Source: Calditrichia bacterium
GTDB lineage: Bacteria > Calditrichota > Calditrichia > RBG-13-44-9 > J075
Direction: 5' to 3'
Assembly: GCA_050633245.1 (NCBI GenBank)
Contig: JBOEGD010000009.1
Coordinates: 1 to 64,000 of the forward strand
Length of the DNA: 64,000 bases
Positions 20,631 through 30,288 of this stretch are shown piece by piece; position 1 is the stretch's first letter; every line of letters starts with the position of its first letter. The translations under genes were made by a program, and so were the position numbers. Under the pieces are notes generated by a model. It was not told the DNA's origin and ran no database searches. It saw nothing but the letters and a program-made list of their open reading frames with translations.

Positions 20631-21760
20631 TTTCGAATCAATCCCTCTACGGTCTTGCTGATTTTTTCCAACTCAATGCGCTTGAGCGGCAACGGCTTTA
20701 ACTCCAGATGAGGTTCGATAAAGTTTTCTTCACCCATAGCTTCACCCGAGCCGTCATAAGACGGTGCACGTTTAAATATTGAGGAAAATGAGCCAAACAA
20801 TTTACTAATGCTGCTTCGCTCTTTCTCTTCCCTAAGCAATTCTTCAATGTATGTTTTTTCGCCGATCAGACCATTGCTTAACAACCTTTGCAGCTCGCCG
20901 AGAATATCTTCGTTTTCATCCGGCATTTGCAGCAGCAAATCCACAATAGTCTGAGACGCTTCACAATGCTTACAAATGCGGTGCTGAAGGGCGGTTAAGG
21001 ACTCTGGCGAAACCATTGGGTTTCTTATCAGTTGGGTTGCCAGTTCCGGAAGGTCAGCAAACAAATTCTCCAGCTTCATCAGCTTCTCAACGAGGGCAAA
21101 GAGGATTTCCTGATTTCCATCTGAAATGTTGCGGTCCACATTCTCAGCATTTATAAGGCGCGTTTGGAAGCTGCCTCTGGGCCAAAAAGCCAGTTTAAGC
21201 AGTGCCTGAAATCCACGAAGATCCTGATATTCTGCAGCCACAACTTCGCCTTCAATAAAAACGACCTGCCCACTGCGTTGCCCATATGAAAGAATAAGCT
21301 CGACATCACGATGACTGCCCTCAATCATCTGAACAAGGTCAATTAAGCCGTATTCCTCAACACTTCCCTGCCAGTTCATCCCTTCCACCACTGTAGATTG
21401 CACGTCGGTATCTTGTAAAACCTGCGTAATCAATCTAAAAAAGTCAGTTTTGGAGGCAGGTAGCGTAACATAATCTACCAGCGGTAAAGCCAAAAAGTTG
21501 GTTAACTCATCACTGTCCGGCAATACCGCAACAATCGGGATATAACCAAACTTATTTCTCGTAATTATGGTCAGGAATTCAGCGCTTTCTTCAAATCCGG
21601 CACGCCAGATAAAGGCAAGATCAAACAGATCCTGGCGACAAGCTTCCAGCGCTTCTTCAGGATTTCCAACAATCGTTATCGAGCAAATATCTTCCGACAC
21701 CAACTCGCGAATTTCCCGTATAGACTGCTCATCTACGGCGTATATCAGCACATCATGCAC
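20627..21760 (-). CDS. Pseudo-receiver + DUF4388 (PatA-N/PATAN) domain protein
   Basis: Receiver-like N-terminus (NPEEALEAC..FDLAFIW, IPIVAV, VDYVTLP); WQGSVEEYGLIDLVQMI...GQVVFIEGEVVAAEY..LRGFQALLKLAFWPRGSF is DUF4388-like. Confidence 0.75.
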   Translation of the reverse strand: MHDVLIYAVDEQSIREIRELVSEDICSITIVGNPEEALEACRQDLFDLAFIWRAGFEESAEFLTIITRNKFGYIPIVAVLPDSDELTNFLALPLVDYVTLPASKTDFFRLITQVLQDTDVQSTVVEGMNWQGSVEEYGLIDLVQMIEGSHRDVELILSYGQRSGQVVFIEGEVVAAEYQDLRGFQALLKLAFWPRGSFQTRLINAENVDRNISDGNQEILFALVEKLMKLENLFADLPELATQLIRNPMVSPESLTALQHRICKHCEASQTIVDLLLQMPDENEDILGELQRLLSNGLIGEKTYIEELLREEKERSSISKLFGSFSSIFKRAPSYDGSGEAMGEENFIEPHLELKPLPLKRIELEKISKTVEGLIRK

Positions 21761-23249
21761 GCTTAGCCTCCTTCGCCATATTCTGCTCAGCCTGCTTCAA
21801 CTGATACATCAATTCAATAAATGAATCGAAAGAATCGGGCACGACTGGCAATACATCTACACCATCAGGCACACTAAAGCGTTGTCGTAATCCAATAACA
21901 TCATTTTTTGTATCCTGTGAGTGCGTCAATCCGACCACATAGGGAATAGGATAAATTTGCACCAGTCGTTTAAACAGATAATTTATAAACTCGAATTTAT
22001 CGGGTTGTCTGTTATCTAATAGCAAAACACAGCCAATAAGGCTTTGTGATAAGCGATCCAGCACGGAAAGAAAACTTTCTTCGATAGAAGCACCAAGAAT
22101 TACCATGGACAGATTGCTGCCAAGAGATACGCGCGTAAAATCGAGTGACTGCATCGTTTTCACCGTGGTCTGTTGGTTTCCGGCAATCGTGCGAACAAGT
22201 TCATTTCGTCCAGAGCTTGGTAAGCCAAGAATTGCCAGTGTCCCCTGTTTGGCACCCTGAGGCATCAGAGATTCGCGAATGAAGGCGATTTCCTCGGGCT
22301 TGAAGCGGCGTGGTGGTGGCTGAATTTGCTTACTTTCACCAGCATAGCGTAGGATTCCGGCAAGATGAAACTTTTCGAGTGTTGCAAGGCTTTTACGGGC
22401 AGACATCGGACTGTGTACCAAAACGTCCCGCAGCGTTTTGTAAGTGCGCACGGCCTGTAATAAGCGTGCTTCGGGACGCGAAACCTTTAAGCCCTGCTTG
22501 CTGGAAACGAGCTTTAGTTCCGGATTATCGGCACCGATCTTTTTGCAAAACCGATTTATCAGCGTTTCAGTATGTTGGGCCTCTGCAAGCAATGCCAGAG
22601 TAGAAGCACTGATTGGCGCATATTCTTCATCTTTTTGATAAGCACGAATAACAAAAGCACCTTCGCGCATTTGCAACGTTTTTAGCACGGCATCTTCACC
22701 GGTTAAATTTCCGCTGAAGGCGCTAATAAGGTGCCCTTGATAAGTGCGTAGCTTCGCGTTTTCACTGCCATTTTTAATCTTAATCTTCAGGTTCTTCTTT
22801 TCCAGAAGAGCATTTTGTAACACTTCCTCCAGAGAGAATGTCTCAAGCGAGCCATGCGTTAGATACTCACGCTGCACGCGGCGCAATTCGTTCTGGCGAT
22901 ACAACATCATCTTGGTTGTAGCCACAACGCGGATCATCACATCCTCATCATCATTACCGGAAATAACGCGCTTTACGCCAAAACGATAAAGTGTTTCCAT
23001 CTGATCGGGATTAAAGTTTTCTCCATAAACCAGGGTAGGGACGCGAGAAAAGATATTTCGGGGCAATCGTCCTTCCAAAAGCAAACCCGGATGCAGCACC
23101 TGCACGTCCGGAAGCGTTTTTGTAGAGCGATCGAGTAATTCACCAAGCCCATTAAATGTTCGTGTATAAAAGCCGGCATCCTTCAGCATTGTTTCCAATA
23201 GCTGAGCGCCTTGCAAAGAGGGATCACCAATATAGATGAGATATGACAT
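21753..23249 (-). CDS. Pseudo-receiver + DUF4388 + winged-helix-like segment + degenerate MglA/CvnD-like GTPase domain protein
   Basis: HGSLETFSLEEVLQ...GHLISAF.GNLTGEDAVLKTLQMREGAF (DUF4388); C-terminal LAILGLPSSGRNEL, LDFTRVSL, IGCVLLLD, IPYVVGLTH. Confidence 0.7.
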   Translation of the reverse strand: MSYLIYIGDPSLQGAQLLETMLKDAGFYTRTFNGLGELLDRSTKTLPDVQVLHPGLLLEGRLPRNIFSRVPTLVYGENFNPDQMETLYRFGVKRVISGNDDEDVMIRVVATTKMMLYRQNELRRVQREYLTHGSLETFSLEEVLQNALLEKKNLKIKIKNGSENAKLRTYQGHLISAFSGNLTGEDAVLKTLQMREGAFVIRAYQKDEEYAPISASTLALLAEAQHTETLINRFCKKIGADNPELKLVSSKQGLKVSRPEARLLQAVRTYKTLRDVLVHSPMSARKSLATLEKFHLAGILRYAGESKQIQPPPRRFKPEEIAFIRESLMPQGAKQGTLAILGLPSSGRNELVRTIAGNQQTTVKTMQSLDFTRVSLGSNLSMVILGASIEESFLSVLDRLSQSLIGCVLLLDNRQPDKFEFINYLFKRLVQIYPIPYVVGLTHSQDTKNDVIGLRQRFSVPDGVDVLPVVPDSFDSFIELMYQLKQAEQNMAKEAKRA

Positions 23250-23282
23250 AGACGTAAAAGCCTTCGTAAATGTGGCCTGGAA

Positions 23283-23840
23283 TCAAATAGTATCCGGCCG
23301 TGCGGATTGACGTTTTAAATATGCGGCAGCCATATCATACGCCGCAATTCCAAAAGCTACGCTTACATTAAGCGAATGTTTAGAACCAAACATCGGGATA
23401 TCGAGGGCACTATCCACATGCGGGAGCAGGCTATCCTGCACACCAAAGACTTCATTTCCAACGATCAGGCAGCAAGGGAAGGTGTACTTTGCTTCCCATA
23501 GTGTTTGCGAAGGCTCCGTTTGCTCCAGAGCGTATACCGGTAAACCGGCGTCTTTCACCTTTAACACAGCGTCCAGCGCGTTCTTCTCATAGCGCCATGG
23601 CACACTGTCTACCGAACCTAAAGCCGTTTTTTCAATTTCTCTGCGAGGCGGTGTGCCGGTAATTCCACAGAGTATTAACTCTTTTGCACGTATCGCGTCG
23701 GCCGTACGAAAGATTGAACCAACATTGTGCAAGCTCCTAATATCGTCCAGAATGACAGTTATTGGAAACCGTCGGGCTGTCTTTACCTCGTCCCCCGAGA
23801 GCCTTTGCAGGCTGATTTCATCGATTGACAGCTTTTTCAT
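23283..23840 (-). CDS. TrmH/SpoU family RNA 2'-O-methyltransferase
   Basis: ILDDIRSLHNVGSIFRTADA, IVGNEVFGV, IPMFGSKHSLNVSVA SPOUT motifs. Confidence 0.9.
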   Translation of the reverse strand: MKKLSIDEISLQRLSGDEVKTARRFPITVILDDIRSLHNVGSIFRTADAIRAKELILCGITGTPPRREIEKTALGSVDSVPWRYEKNALDAVLKVKDAGLPVYALEQTEPSQTLWEAKYTFPCCLIVGNEVFGVQDSLLPHVDSALDIPMFGSKHSLNVSVAFGIAAYDMAAAYLKRQSARPDTI

Positions 23841-25231
23841 AGACGCTCTAATTTAGCAACACTTTCGATGTGATATGTGTGCGGGAACATATCTACCGGT
23901 TGCACTTCTAAAATTTTATACGCTTTAGCCAACTCAGCAAGATCCCTTGCCATGGTAGCAGGATTACAGGAAACGTAAACAATACGCTTAGGCGAAAGCC
24001 GTAGCATTTCCTCAAGTACATCTTTGTGCATACCTGCGCGCGGTGGATCACATATCAGCACATCCGGCGGGTTATCCGCATGATCACGCAGCTGATACCG
24101 CAAATCTCCGGAAACAAATTCGCAGTTATCAACGCCGTTTAGCTTGGCATTTCGATAGGCATCTTTTACGGCATTCTCAACAATTTCAAAACCAACCACA
24201 CGCTTTGCCTGCTTTGCCAAAAAGATGGCGATGCTACCCGTTCCGCAGTAGAGATCCCAAATGACTTCACCGTCCAGTTCAGCGTATTTGGCTACCGTTT
24301 TATACAACTCCAGTGCCTGCACAGAATTGGTTTGAAAAAATGAATCTACCGAGATCTCAAAAGTCAGATCGCCCAGCATTTCAAAGATAGTCTCACTACC
24401 CCGAATAACATGGAATTCACTTCCGGTCGCTACCTGAGCCTTACCCGAGTTTATAGTATTAACTACACCGCTAACCTGCGGAAAAGCTTTACATAGCACT
24501 TCGGCATAGCGTTCTATTTCCTCGGGAATTTGTTTGGAAGTTACCAGGTTTACCAGCACCTGGTTTTTGGCAAATGACTGTCTTAGCACCAAGAAGCGCA
24601 AAACACCTTCATGAGAACGGAGATGATACACCGGCACATCGGATGTGCGAAAAAAATCTTGGGTAAGATTTAATATCCCGTTAAAAACATCGCCCTGCAA
24701 ATAACATTTTTCTACATTCAAAATGCGGTCGAAATGACCCGGCACATGAAACCCCAAACCGAAATCTTTTTTTATGGTCTCATCTTCAAGCTCTTCAGAG
24801 GTTAGCCAGCGGCTATGCGTAAAGGAGAATTCCATCTTGTTGCGATAACTATAGATTGGTGACGCGGGCATAACAGGATGAATAATATCCGGAAACACTT
24901 TGCCGATATGGTGAAGTGATTCTTCAACATGGGCATGTTTAAACAAAAGCTGTTGCTCATACTCTACATTTTGCCACTTACAACCACCGCACACGCCGAA
25001 ATGCTGACATGGTGCTTCACCACGCAGCTTCGAAGGTTCGAGGATTTCCAGGGGGTATGCTTCTGCAAAGCTGGACTTCGCTTTGCGAATGCGGGCTAAT
25101 ACGCGATCGCCGGGAAGGGTATTCTGAACAAAAATCACATAATCATCAAGGCGGGCAATTCCCTTACCGCCAAAAGCTACATTTTCGACTGTTAATTCCA
25201 GCTCTTGCCGGCGCTTTACTTTTTTTGCCAT
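23837..25231 (-). CDS. rlmD: 23S rRNA (uracil-C5)-methyltransferase RlmD/RumA
   Basis: TRAM domain, CQHFGVCGGCKWQ Fe-S motif, SFFQTN, DLYCGTG, DPPRAG, YVSCNPATMARD, DMFPHTYHIE. Confidence 0.92.
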   Translation of the reverse strand: MAKKVKRRQELELTVENVAFGGKGIARLDDYVIFVQNTLPGDRVLARIRKAKSSFAEAYPLEILEPSKLRGEAPCQHFGVCGGCKWQNVEYEQQLLFKHAHVEESLHHIGKVFPDIIHPVMPASPIYSYRNKMEFSFTHSRWLTSEELEDETIKKDFGLGFHVPGHFDRILNVEKCYLQGDVFNGILNLTQDFFRTSDVPVYHLRSHEGVLRFLVLRQSFAKNQVLVNLVTSKQIPEEIERYAEVLCKAFPQVSGVVNTINSGKAQVATGSEFHVIRGSETIFEMLGDLTFEISVDSFFQTNSVQALELYKTVAKYAELDGEVIWDLYCGTGSIAIFLAKQAKRVVGFEIVENAVKDAYRNAKLNGVDNCEFVSGDLRYQLRDHADNPPDVLICDPPRAGMHKDVLEEMLRLSPKRIVYVSCNPATMARDLAELAKAYKILEVQPVDMFPHTYHIESVAKLERL

Positions 25232-25238
25232 AAATAGT

Positions 25239-26771
25239 TTACAGGCGGGCGGTAAGCGTTACTTCAACTCCCTCCAACGGCGGCTTAAATACACAAACTC
25301 CTCCGATACAGACTTTTCCTCCGCGCCGTGTGCCTCCAAATAGTGTCATATCAACTTTGTCGAAGAGGCTGAGATCGAGCTGCAGTCCGCCCCAAACTTT
25401 TTTACGTGTTCCATCGTCTTCTGCCAATCCAGAGCGCAGATTTTCCGGCTTCGTTGTTCGCTCGCCAAGGAAAGCAAGTGTCCAACCCGGTGCTCGGCTG
25501 AATCCAGCTGAAAACAGGTGGTTGTAATATTGCGGATTTTCCACGTAGTTTGCAAGATCTAGTTTTACATGTTGATGCTCATATACCAGCTTCAATGAGT
25601 TGTAGTCAGACAGACTAACTCCGGTGCTAAACACACCATTTAGAAAGCGTCCATCGATATCTTTCTGTTGGCTGCCAGCCAATAAGAATTCCCATTCGCG
25701 ATCGGTATCTGTAGTCCACTCAAACTGCGAATAGACCTCTTCGTAAATACGTGCACCATTTTTATTGTCGGTAATGCTATAGTTTGCTTTTAAGATTGCG
25801 CCATCGGCAACCGGAAGCGTAGCCTCAACCAGATACCCCTCTTCACTATTGGCATTTTGAATTAGCTGACGGCGATTCAAAAGTGTAAAGAGGTGGTCTT
25901 GGGAAACAAGAGGCGGATTGTTATACGGATTTGTATTCGGTTTTTTGAGGCTCTCCCCCACCGGGTCTTCTATTTTAAACAGATCATACGATTTATATTC
26001 CAGAGAAAAGCTCACCGAACCCAACAAAACATTTGAGTTCAAATAAAGAGCCTCTCCATCAGGAGCACCATTAGCGGTTTGGCCCGGCAAATACTTCCGC
26101 GCGTATTCGGCGTAAAAGTCTCCATAGTTGGTATTCACCTGCGAGAACAAAGAGCCCCACTGCACCTGATCTTCTACCTGATCGAAATGCGTATTGACAG
26201 CTGTTCCACCAACCTGAAAGCTCTTGTAGGCTTTAACCCGAACTTCAGCAGCTTGCAAAAAGTCTTCCCGAACACCAGACAGCAAAACCGGCTGACCAAC
26301 CATTGCCTTAATGTCGATCCGCTTGCCAAGATATTCACCATACAAGCCATCGAGCTTGGTATCATAACGCAGCTGACGTTCTTCGTACATCCGCAGCGTT
26401 AATCCACGTCCCATAAGCGTATAGTTTGTACCGCCACGAACACGCCAGGTACCGCGATTGTATTCGAGGAAGCGGTGTTCGAGGGTCCGGCGCACAGCCT
26501 GATCAGGGTCAAAAGTTTGTGGAGGAAGATGCATTTCCATACGAGCGCCAAGGCGCCAGTTTTTATAGCGTAAATTGCCTTCCAGCCAGTTCGAGTAAAA
26601 ATTACGCGTTCCCTCGCGGGCCGTATTGATAAGAACTTTTTGGATCTCATCACTGTTATTGTAGCCATTGTCCAAACTGAACGTCACAGTATAGTCTACC
26701 TGTGCCTGCAAGAAGCCTGGCAGCAGAAAAGCTGCTATAAGGAAGCTGACTTTGGCGATTTTTAAGCGCAT
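25239..26771 (-). CDS. Outer-membrane beta-barrel protein, DUF6029-like
   Basis: Signal peptide, amphipathic beta strands, YTLMGRGLTLRMYEERQL, C-terminal RRGGKVCIGGVC motif. Confidence 0.65.
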   Translation of the reverse strand: MRLKIAKVSFLIAAFLLPGFLQAQVDYTVTFSLDNGYNNSDEIQKVLINTAREGTRNFYSNWLEGNLRYKNWRLGARMEMHLPPQTFDPDQAVRRTLEHRFLEYNRGTWRVRGGTNYTLMGRGLTLRMYEERQLRYDTKLDGLYGEYLGKRIDIKAMVGQPVLLSGVREDFLQAAEVRVKAYKSFQVGGTAVNTHFDQVEDQVQWGSLFSQVNTNYGDFYAEYARKYLPGQTANGAPDGEALYLNSNVLLGSVSFSLEYKSYDLFKIEDPVGESLKKPNTNPYNNPPLVSQDHLFTLLNRRQLIQNANSEEGYLVEATLPVADGAILKANYSITDNKNGARIYEEVYSQFEWTTDTDREWEFLLAGSQQKDIDGRFLNGVFSTGVSLSDYNSLKLVYEHQHVKLDLANYVENPQYYNHLFSAGFSRAPGWTLAFLGERTTKPENLRSGLAEDDGTRKKVWGGLQLDLSLFDKVDMTLFGGTRRGGKVCIGGVCVFKPPLEGVEVTLTARL

Positions 26772-26774
26772 GCC

Positions 26775-27275
26775 TTAACCTTCTTCTTTATCCAGCAGTT
26801 CAATAATGCGTTTTTCGAGCTTCTTCTCATCACCTTTACGATAGCCGGTGTGCGTGTAGACGATCTTGCCTTCTTTATCGATCAGTACCGTATGCGGCGG
26901 GTTTTCTCCCTGATATAGTTTGAAGACCTCGCGGTTGGTATCGAACAAAATCGTAAACGGAAACTTATTGGAATTCACTACGCTCTTCACTTTACCAACG
27001 GTTTTCGTATCGTCGATTGTGATGGAAAGAATTTGCAGCCCTTTGTCCTTATAGCGCTTGTGGATGCGCTTTAGCTTCTTCATTTCCGCCAGGCAGGGTA
27101 CACACCAGGTTGCCCAGAAGTTTAGAAGGATAGGACCTTCGCCAATATTTTCAGATAGCTGATAATTTTCACCATCCGGGTTCGGTAACACAAAATCCGG
27201 GGCATTGCCACCCTGTGCGGCAAGCGGACGTGCTGCCAGCAGTATCAGCAACAACATAAACAGAATTTTTCGCAT
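26775..27275 (-). CDS. TlpA-family thiol-disulfide oxidoreductase
   Basis: Signal peptide, APDFVL, LNFWATWCVPC, PHTVLIDKEGKI. Confidence 0.9.
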   Translation of the reverse strand: MRKILFMLLLILLAARPLAAQGGNAPDFVLPNPDGENYQLSENIGEGPILLNFWATWCVPCLAEMKKLKRIHKRYKDKGLQILSITIDDTKTVGKVKSVVNSNKFPFTILFDTNREVFKLYQGENPPHTVLIDKEGKIVYTHTGYRKGDEKKLEKRIIELLDKEEG

Positions 27276-27314
27276 TGGTTTAGCTCCTCACTAAGTCAAT
27301 TCAAAATTGGGCGG

Positions 27315-28568
27315 TTATTCAATAATAATAGACCATACAGATTGTAACACCTCACGATCGGTGTTGCGCTGCAAAAAGGCAACAACGTGTAGATCTTCAC
27401 TCCAACCTGCTCCGGCAGTGAAATCGAAGGCTACATCGACAGATTCTCCCGCAGCAAGTGAAACAGGTGTTCCCTCTGCTGTGGGATAAAAGGCTCTAAG
27501 CACATCTGTAAAATTCGTGTCTCCATTCGTCCCCGGAGGGTCTGTTGGAGGAAATGAAATTTCGCGCTCAATCAGGGCAATCTGTAGCGTAATATCACTA
27601 CCGAGGGCATCCAATGCAGTAGCGCGGATACGTCCCTTCAGTTCAGCGAAGTCTGCAAAGGATTCATTATAACCAAGAATGTCGAGTGTCGCGATGGGCA
27701 TTTCAGCGAAGCGCTCGGCAAAGCCATTTCGCATATTCTCTTCCAAGTTAAAAAGCGTGGACGGCTTTATTCCATCCAGCATGACAAAAGGAATAGGCGG
27801 AACGCTGTAGTATTCAATTCGCGGAATAATATCATCTGCCGCTGCCAGAAAGAACGGATCGGTTTCACCGGGATAGTTAGGGTGATATGCAATTGAAGTA
27901 GCCGAATCGACACCAACTTCTTCAAGAAGCGCTTCAATAATGTCATCAGCACCCGGACAGGGTATGCAGTTCGTATTTGAAAGATGTTCGACCAAAACGT
28001 GGCGAAACGGTTGAATATCGCGGCTGATGGTCAGCGTTTGCCCGTTAGCTATTTGAATCGTTTCGCGAATAGATTCACGTCCACCCTTAAAAACAATTAG
28101 ATCATGTGAGCCGGCAGGTAAACCGTTTAATGAAAGCGGGGTGCGTCCGACCGGCAGCTTATCAAGCAGTACGAGTGAGCCTGCCGGATTGGTTTCTACA
28201 ATCAAATTCCCATCGCCAGATAAAGCCGTCAGATCTACATTAATGCGCGCAACTTCGCCTTCTACAACCTCTGCACTGTTCTTAAGAAGCTCGAATCCCG
28301 GCAATAGCAATTCGATCTCTCGGACACCAGACGGAATATCATTGAGCAGGGCCGGTGTTTTCATACCGCTATCTCGCCCATCAATAAAGATGCGGGCACT
28401 GTCTACATTGGTCACAATATCGAGTCCGCCAAACGTCGGGTTGGCAAAAGCGATCACGCCGTCTTTTGTTGTGCATCCCGAATTGAAGAACATTGCAACT
28501 GCCATCGAAATAGCGATAAGAACGGAAATTATTTTCGGAAAAGAATGTTCTTTAAGTTCATACCACAT
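27315..28568 (-). CDS. Lipoprotein with two PEGA domains and an Omp28-related thioredoxin-like domain
   Basis: Lipobox NSGC; PEGA repeats (TNVDSARIFIDG..TP; TNPAGSLVLLD..VGRTP); VLVEHLSNTNCIPCP, IAYH, VVAFLQ...EVLQS. Confidence 0.8.
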   Translation of the reverse strand: MWYELKEHSFPKIISVLIAISMAVAMFFNSGCTTKDGVIAFANPTFGGLDIVTNVDSARIFIDGRDSGMKTPALLNDIPSGVREIELLLPGFELLKNSAEVVEGEVARINVDLTALSGDGNLIVETNPAGSLVLLDKLPVGRTPLSLNGLPAGSHDLIVFKGGRESIRETIQIANGQTLTISRDIQPFRHVLVEHLSNTNCIPCPGADDIIEALLEEVGVDSATSIAYHPNYPGETDPFFLAAADDIIPRIEYYSVPPIPFVMLDGIKPSTLFNLEENMRNGFAERFAEMPIATLDILGYNESFADFAELKGRIRATALDALGSDITLQIALIEREISFPPTDPPGTNGDTNFTDVLRAFYPTAEGTPVSLAAGESVDVAFDFTAGAGWSEDLHVVAFLQRNTDREVLQSVWSIIIE

Positions 28569-29326
28569 TACTTCACCAGCAGCATTTTTTGTGATTGTCT
28601 GAATCCCGCGGAGCGCAGCTCATAGAAATAGATTCCGCTCGGAGCAGAGATACCATTACTATCCAGTCCGTTCCACGTTACTTCATACGCTCCCGCAGCC
28701 AGCGGCTCATTCAGCAAAATTGCTATTCGAGCACCAAGTGCATTATAAACGGTGACTTGCACGTTATTACGTCCTGCTCCCGCAACTTCAAATGGAATAA
28801 CGGTTGACGGATTAAAGGGATTGGGGTAATTGGCCAACAGTTGGAAATTATCGGTCAGTGCTGCCTCGATTGGCTCAACACCGGTTGGTTCTGTAGTCGC
28901 AATAAAAGTAATTTCGGTGAACTCGGATGTATCATTAATATTTTCGACGCGCACTGTCACTTCTGCCGTTCCACCGAAGTTAAACACCGAAGGTATATTC
29001 AGGTGAAAATCGCTGGTATCGCCGGCAGAAAGTGGCGGAACACCAAAATTCACGTCCGGCACGCTAATCGTGTCTACATCTGGTGGATAGCAAAGCAAGC
29101 CATTGCACATCGAGCTGGACCAGCCTGCAGGTAATATATTCACCGTTCGGATAATGCGAATACTAATATCCTGATTTGTTACATTTACGATATCGCCATA
29201 GATATCAAAAAACTTTCCCGGCATACCGCTTACCATCTGTGAATCTGCGGTAAACGTAAACGTCTGGCTTTGCCCCATCAGTGGCAGACCCAACATGGCT
29301 ACCAACAATAAACGTTTCATAGACAA
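28568..29326 (-). CDS. Secreted protein with C-terminal FlgD-Ig/T9SS type-A-like domain
   Basis: Signal peptide; LPAGWSSSMCNGLLCY Ig-like domain; NYPNPFNPST...WNGLDSNG..APSGIYFY...KMLLVK. Confidence 0.8.
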   Translation of the reverse strand: MSMKRLLLVAMLGLPLMGQSQTFTFTADSQMVSGMPGKFFDIYGDIVNVTNQDISIRIIRTVNILPAGWSSSMCNGLLCYPPDVDTISVPDVNFGVPPLSAGDTSDFHLNIPSVFNFGGTAEVTVRVENINDTSEFTEITFIATTEPTGVEPIEAALTDNFQLLANYPNPFNPSTVIPFEVAGAGRNNVQVTVYNALGARIAILLNEPLAAGAYEVTWNGLDSNGISAPSGIYFYELRSAGFRQSQKMLLVK

Positions 29327-29400
29327 TCTCCTGATATATTAATGCCATTTAAAAAAGTAGAACGCTTGAACACAACCCGGGAACAAGCGGTAGAATCTTC

Positions 29401-30267
29401 TTAGTTATTGTCCGAAAGTGTAGAGACAGCATCCTTCAGTGAAGCAAGCAGTGCGTCGTCGAGCACACGAGCCTGCGTCCAAATACTGTTAAAAAGAATC
29501 CGGCATGCAGCTGCAATAGATTTATGCTCAATAGCAATCATCGTCAGTTCACTTGAATCGGGATCCGGTGAATCGAGTGCAAACATTACTGCCTTGCCAT
29601 CGAACACCAACATTTTTACCGGAAGCGTCTCTGCCATGCGAGCCTCATGCCCATTTTTTATCTGTTCCAGCGTATAAGTCGAAAGTAGTGGTATCGTGCG
29701 CAGCTCTTCATGCTCGTAAATACCTCTGGTAGTACCACCCTTTTTTACAATGGCATCTTCAAAATGATCCTGCTCTTCCAGTTCGGCAATACTATTCCAG
29801 GCGTAAGGTCCCTTATTAAAGGTCAGCAGTTCCACACTGGTTTGCTTTACAAGACTGACATACTTTCGGTGAATCAAATTCTTATCTCTGAACACTTCAA
29901 TATAGTCTTCACTATTCTTACGTAGCTTACCTTCTTCGAAAACAGGTGTAAAAATGGTTGACAGCTTTTCAAGCACTTCAGTTTTACGCAGCGCCTCAAG
30001 CTCATATTGCTTGCGCATTCGTCCAAATGCGAGCTCCGGCTCTACCGCCTGATATACTTTTTTAACCCCTACCCTGCTCTCGATACATATACCGCGCTGA
30101 ACCATTTTTTGCAGCACTTCATAAATCTTCGTTCGCGGAATATCCACAGTTTCCTGAAGCTCTGATGCGGTAAAAACACTTTTGGTAAGCAGCGTCATAT
30201 AGACCTTTGCTTCACGCTCGGTGAGGCCGGCGTCTTTGAACGCGTCAATATGTTCTAAATGATCCAT
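29401..30267 (-). CDS. TrmB family transcriptional regulator
   Basis: GLTEREAKVYMTLL...IPRTKIYEVLQKMVQRG wHTH; PLD-like C-domain LPVKMLVFDGK; start taken at ATG 30267. Confidence 0.85.
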   Translation of the reverse strand: MDHLEHIDAFKDAGLTEREAKVYMTLLTKSVFTASELQETVDIPRTKIYEVLQKMVQRGICIESRVGVKKVYQAVEPELAFGRMRKQYELEALRKTEVLEKLSTIFTPVFEEGKLRKNSEDYIEVFRDKNLIHRKYVSLVKQTSVELLTFNKGPYAWNSIAELEEQDHFEDAIVKKGGTTRGIYEHEELRTIPLLSTYTLEQIKNGHEARMAETLPVKMLVFDGKAVMFALDSPDPDSSELTMIAIEHKSIAAACRILFNSIWTQARVLDDALLASLKDAVSTLSDNN

Positions 30268-30288
30268 CGATTTTCCCAATTTGTCTTG

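Noticed and set aside
26775-28568. Selenocysteine recoding in the thioredoxin-like proteins
   Set aside because: Both CxxC motifs use ordinary Cys codons and the ORFs are uninterrupted.
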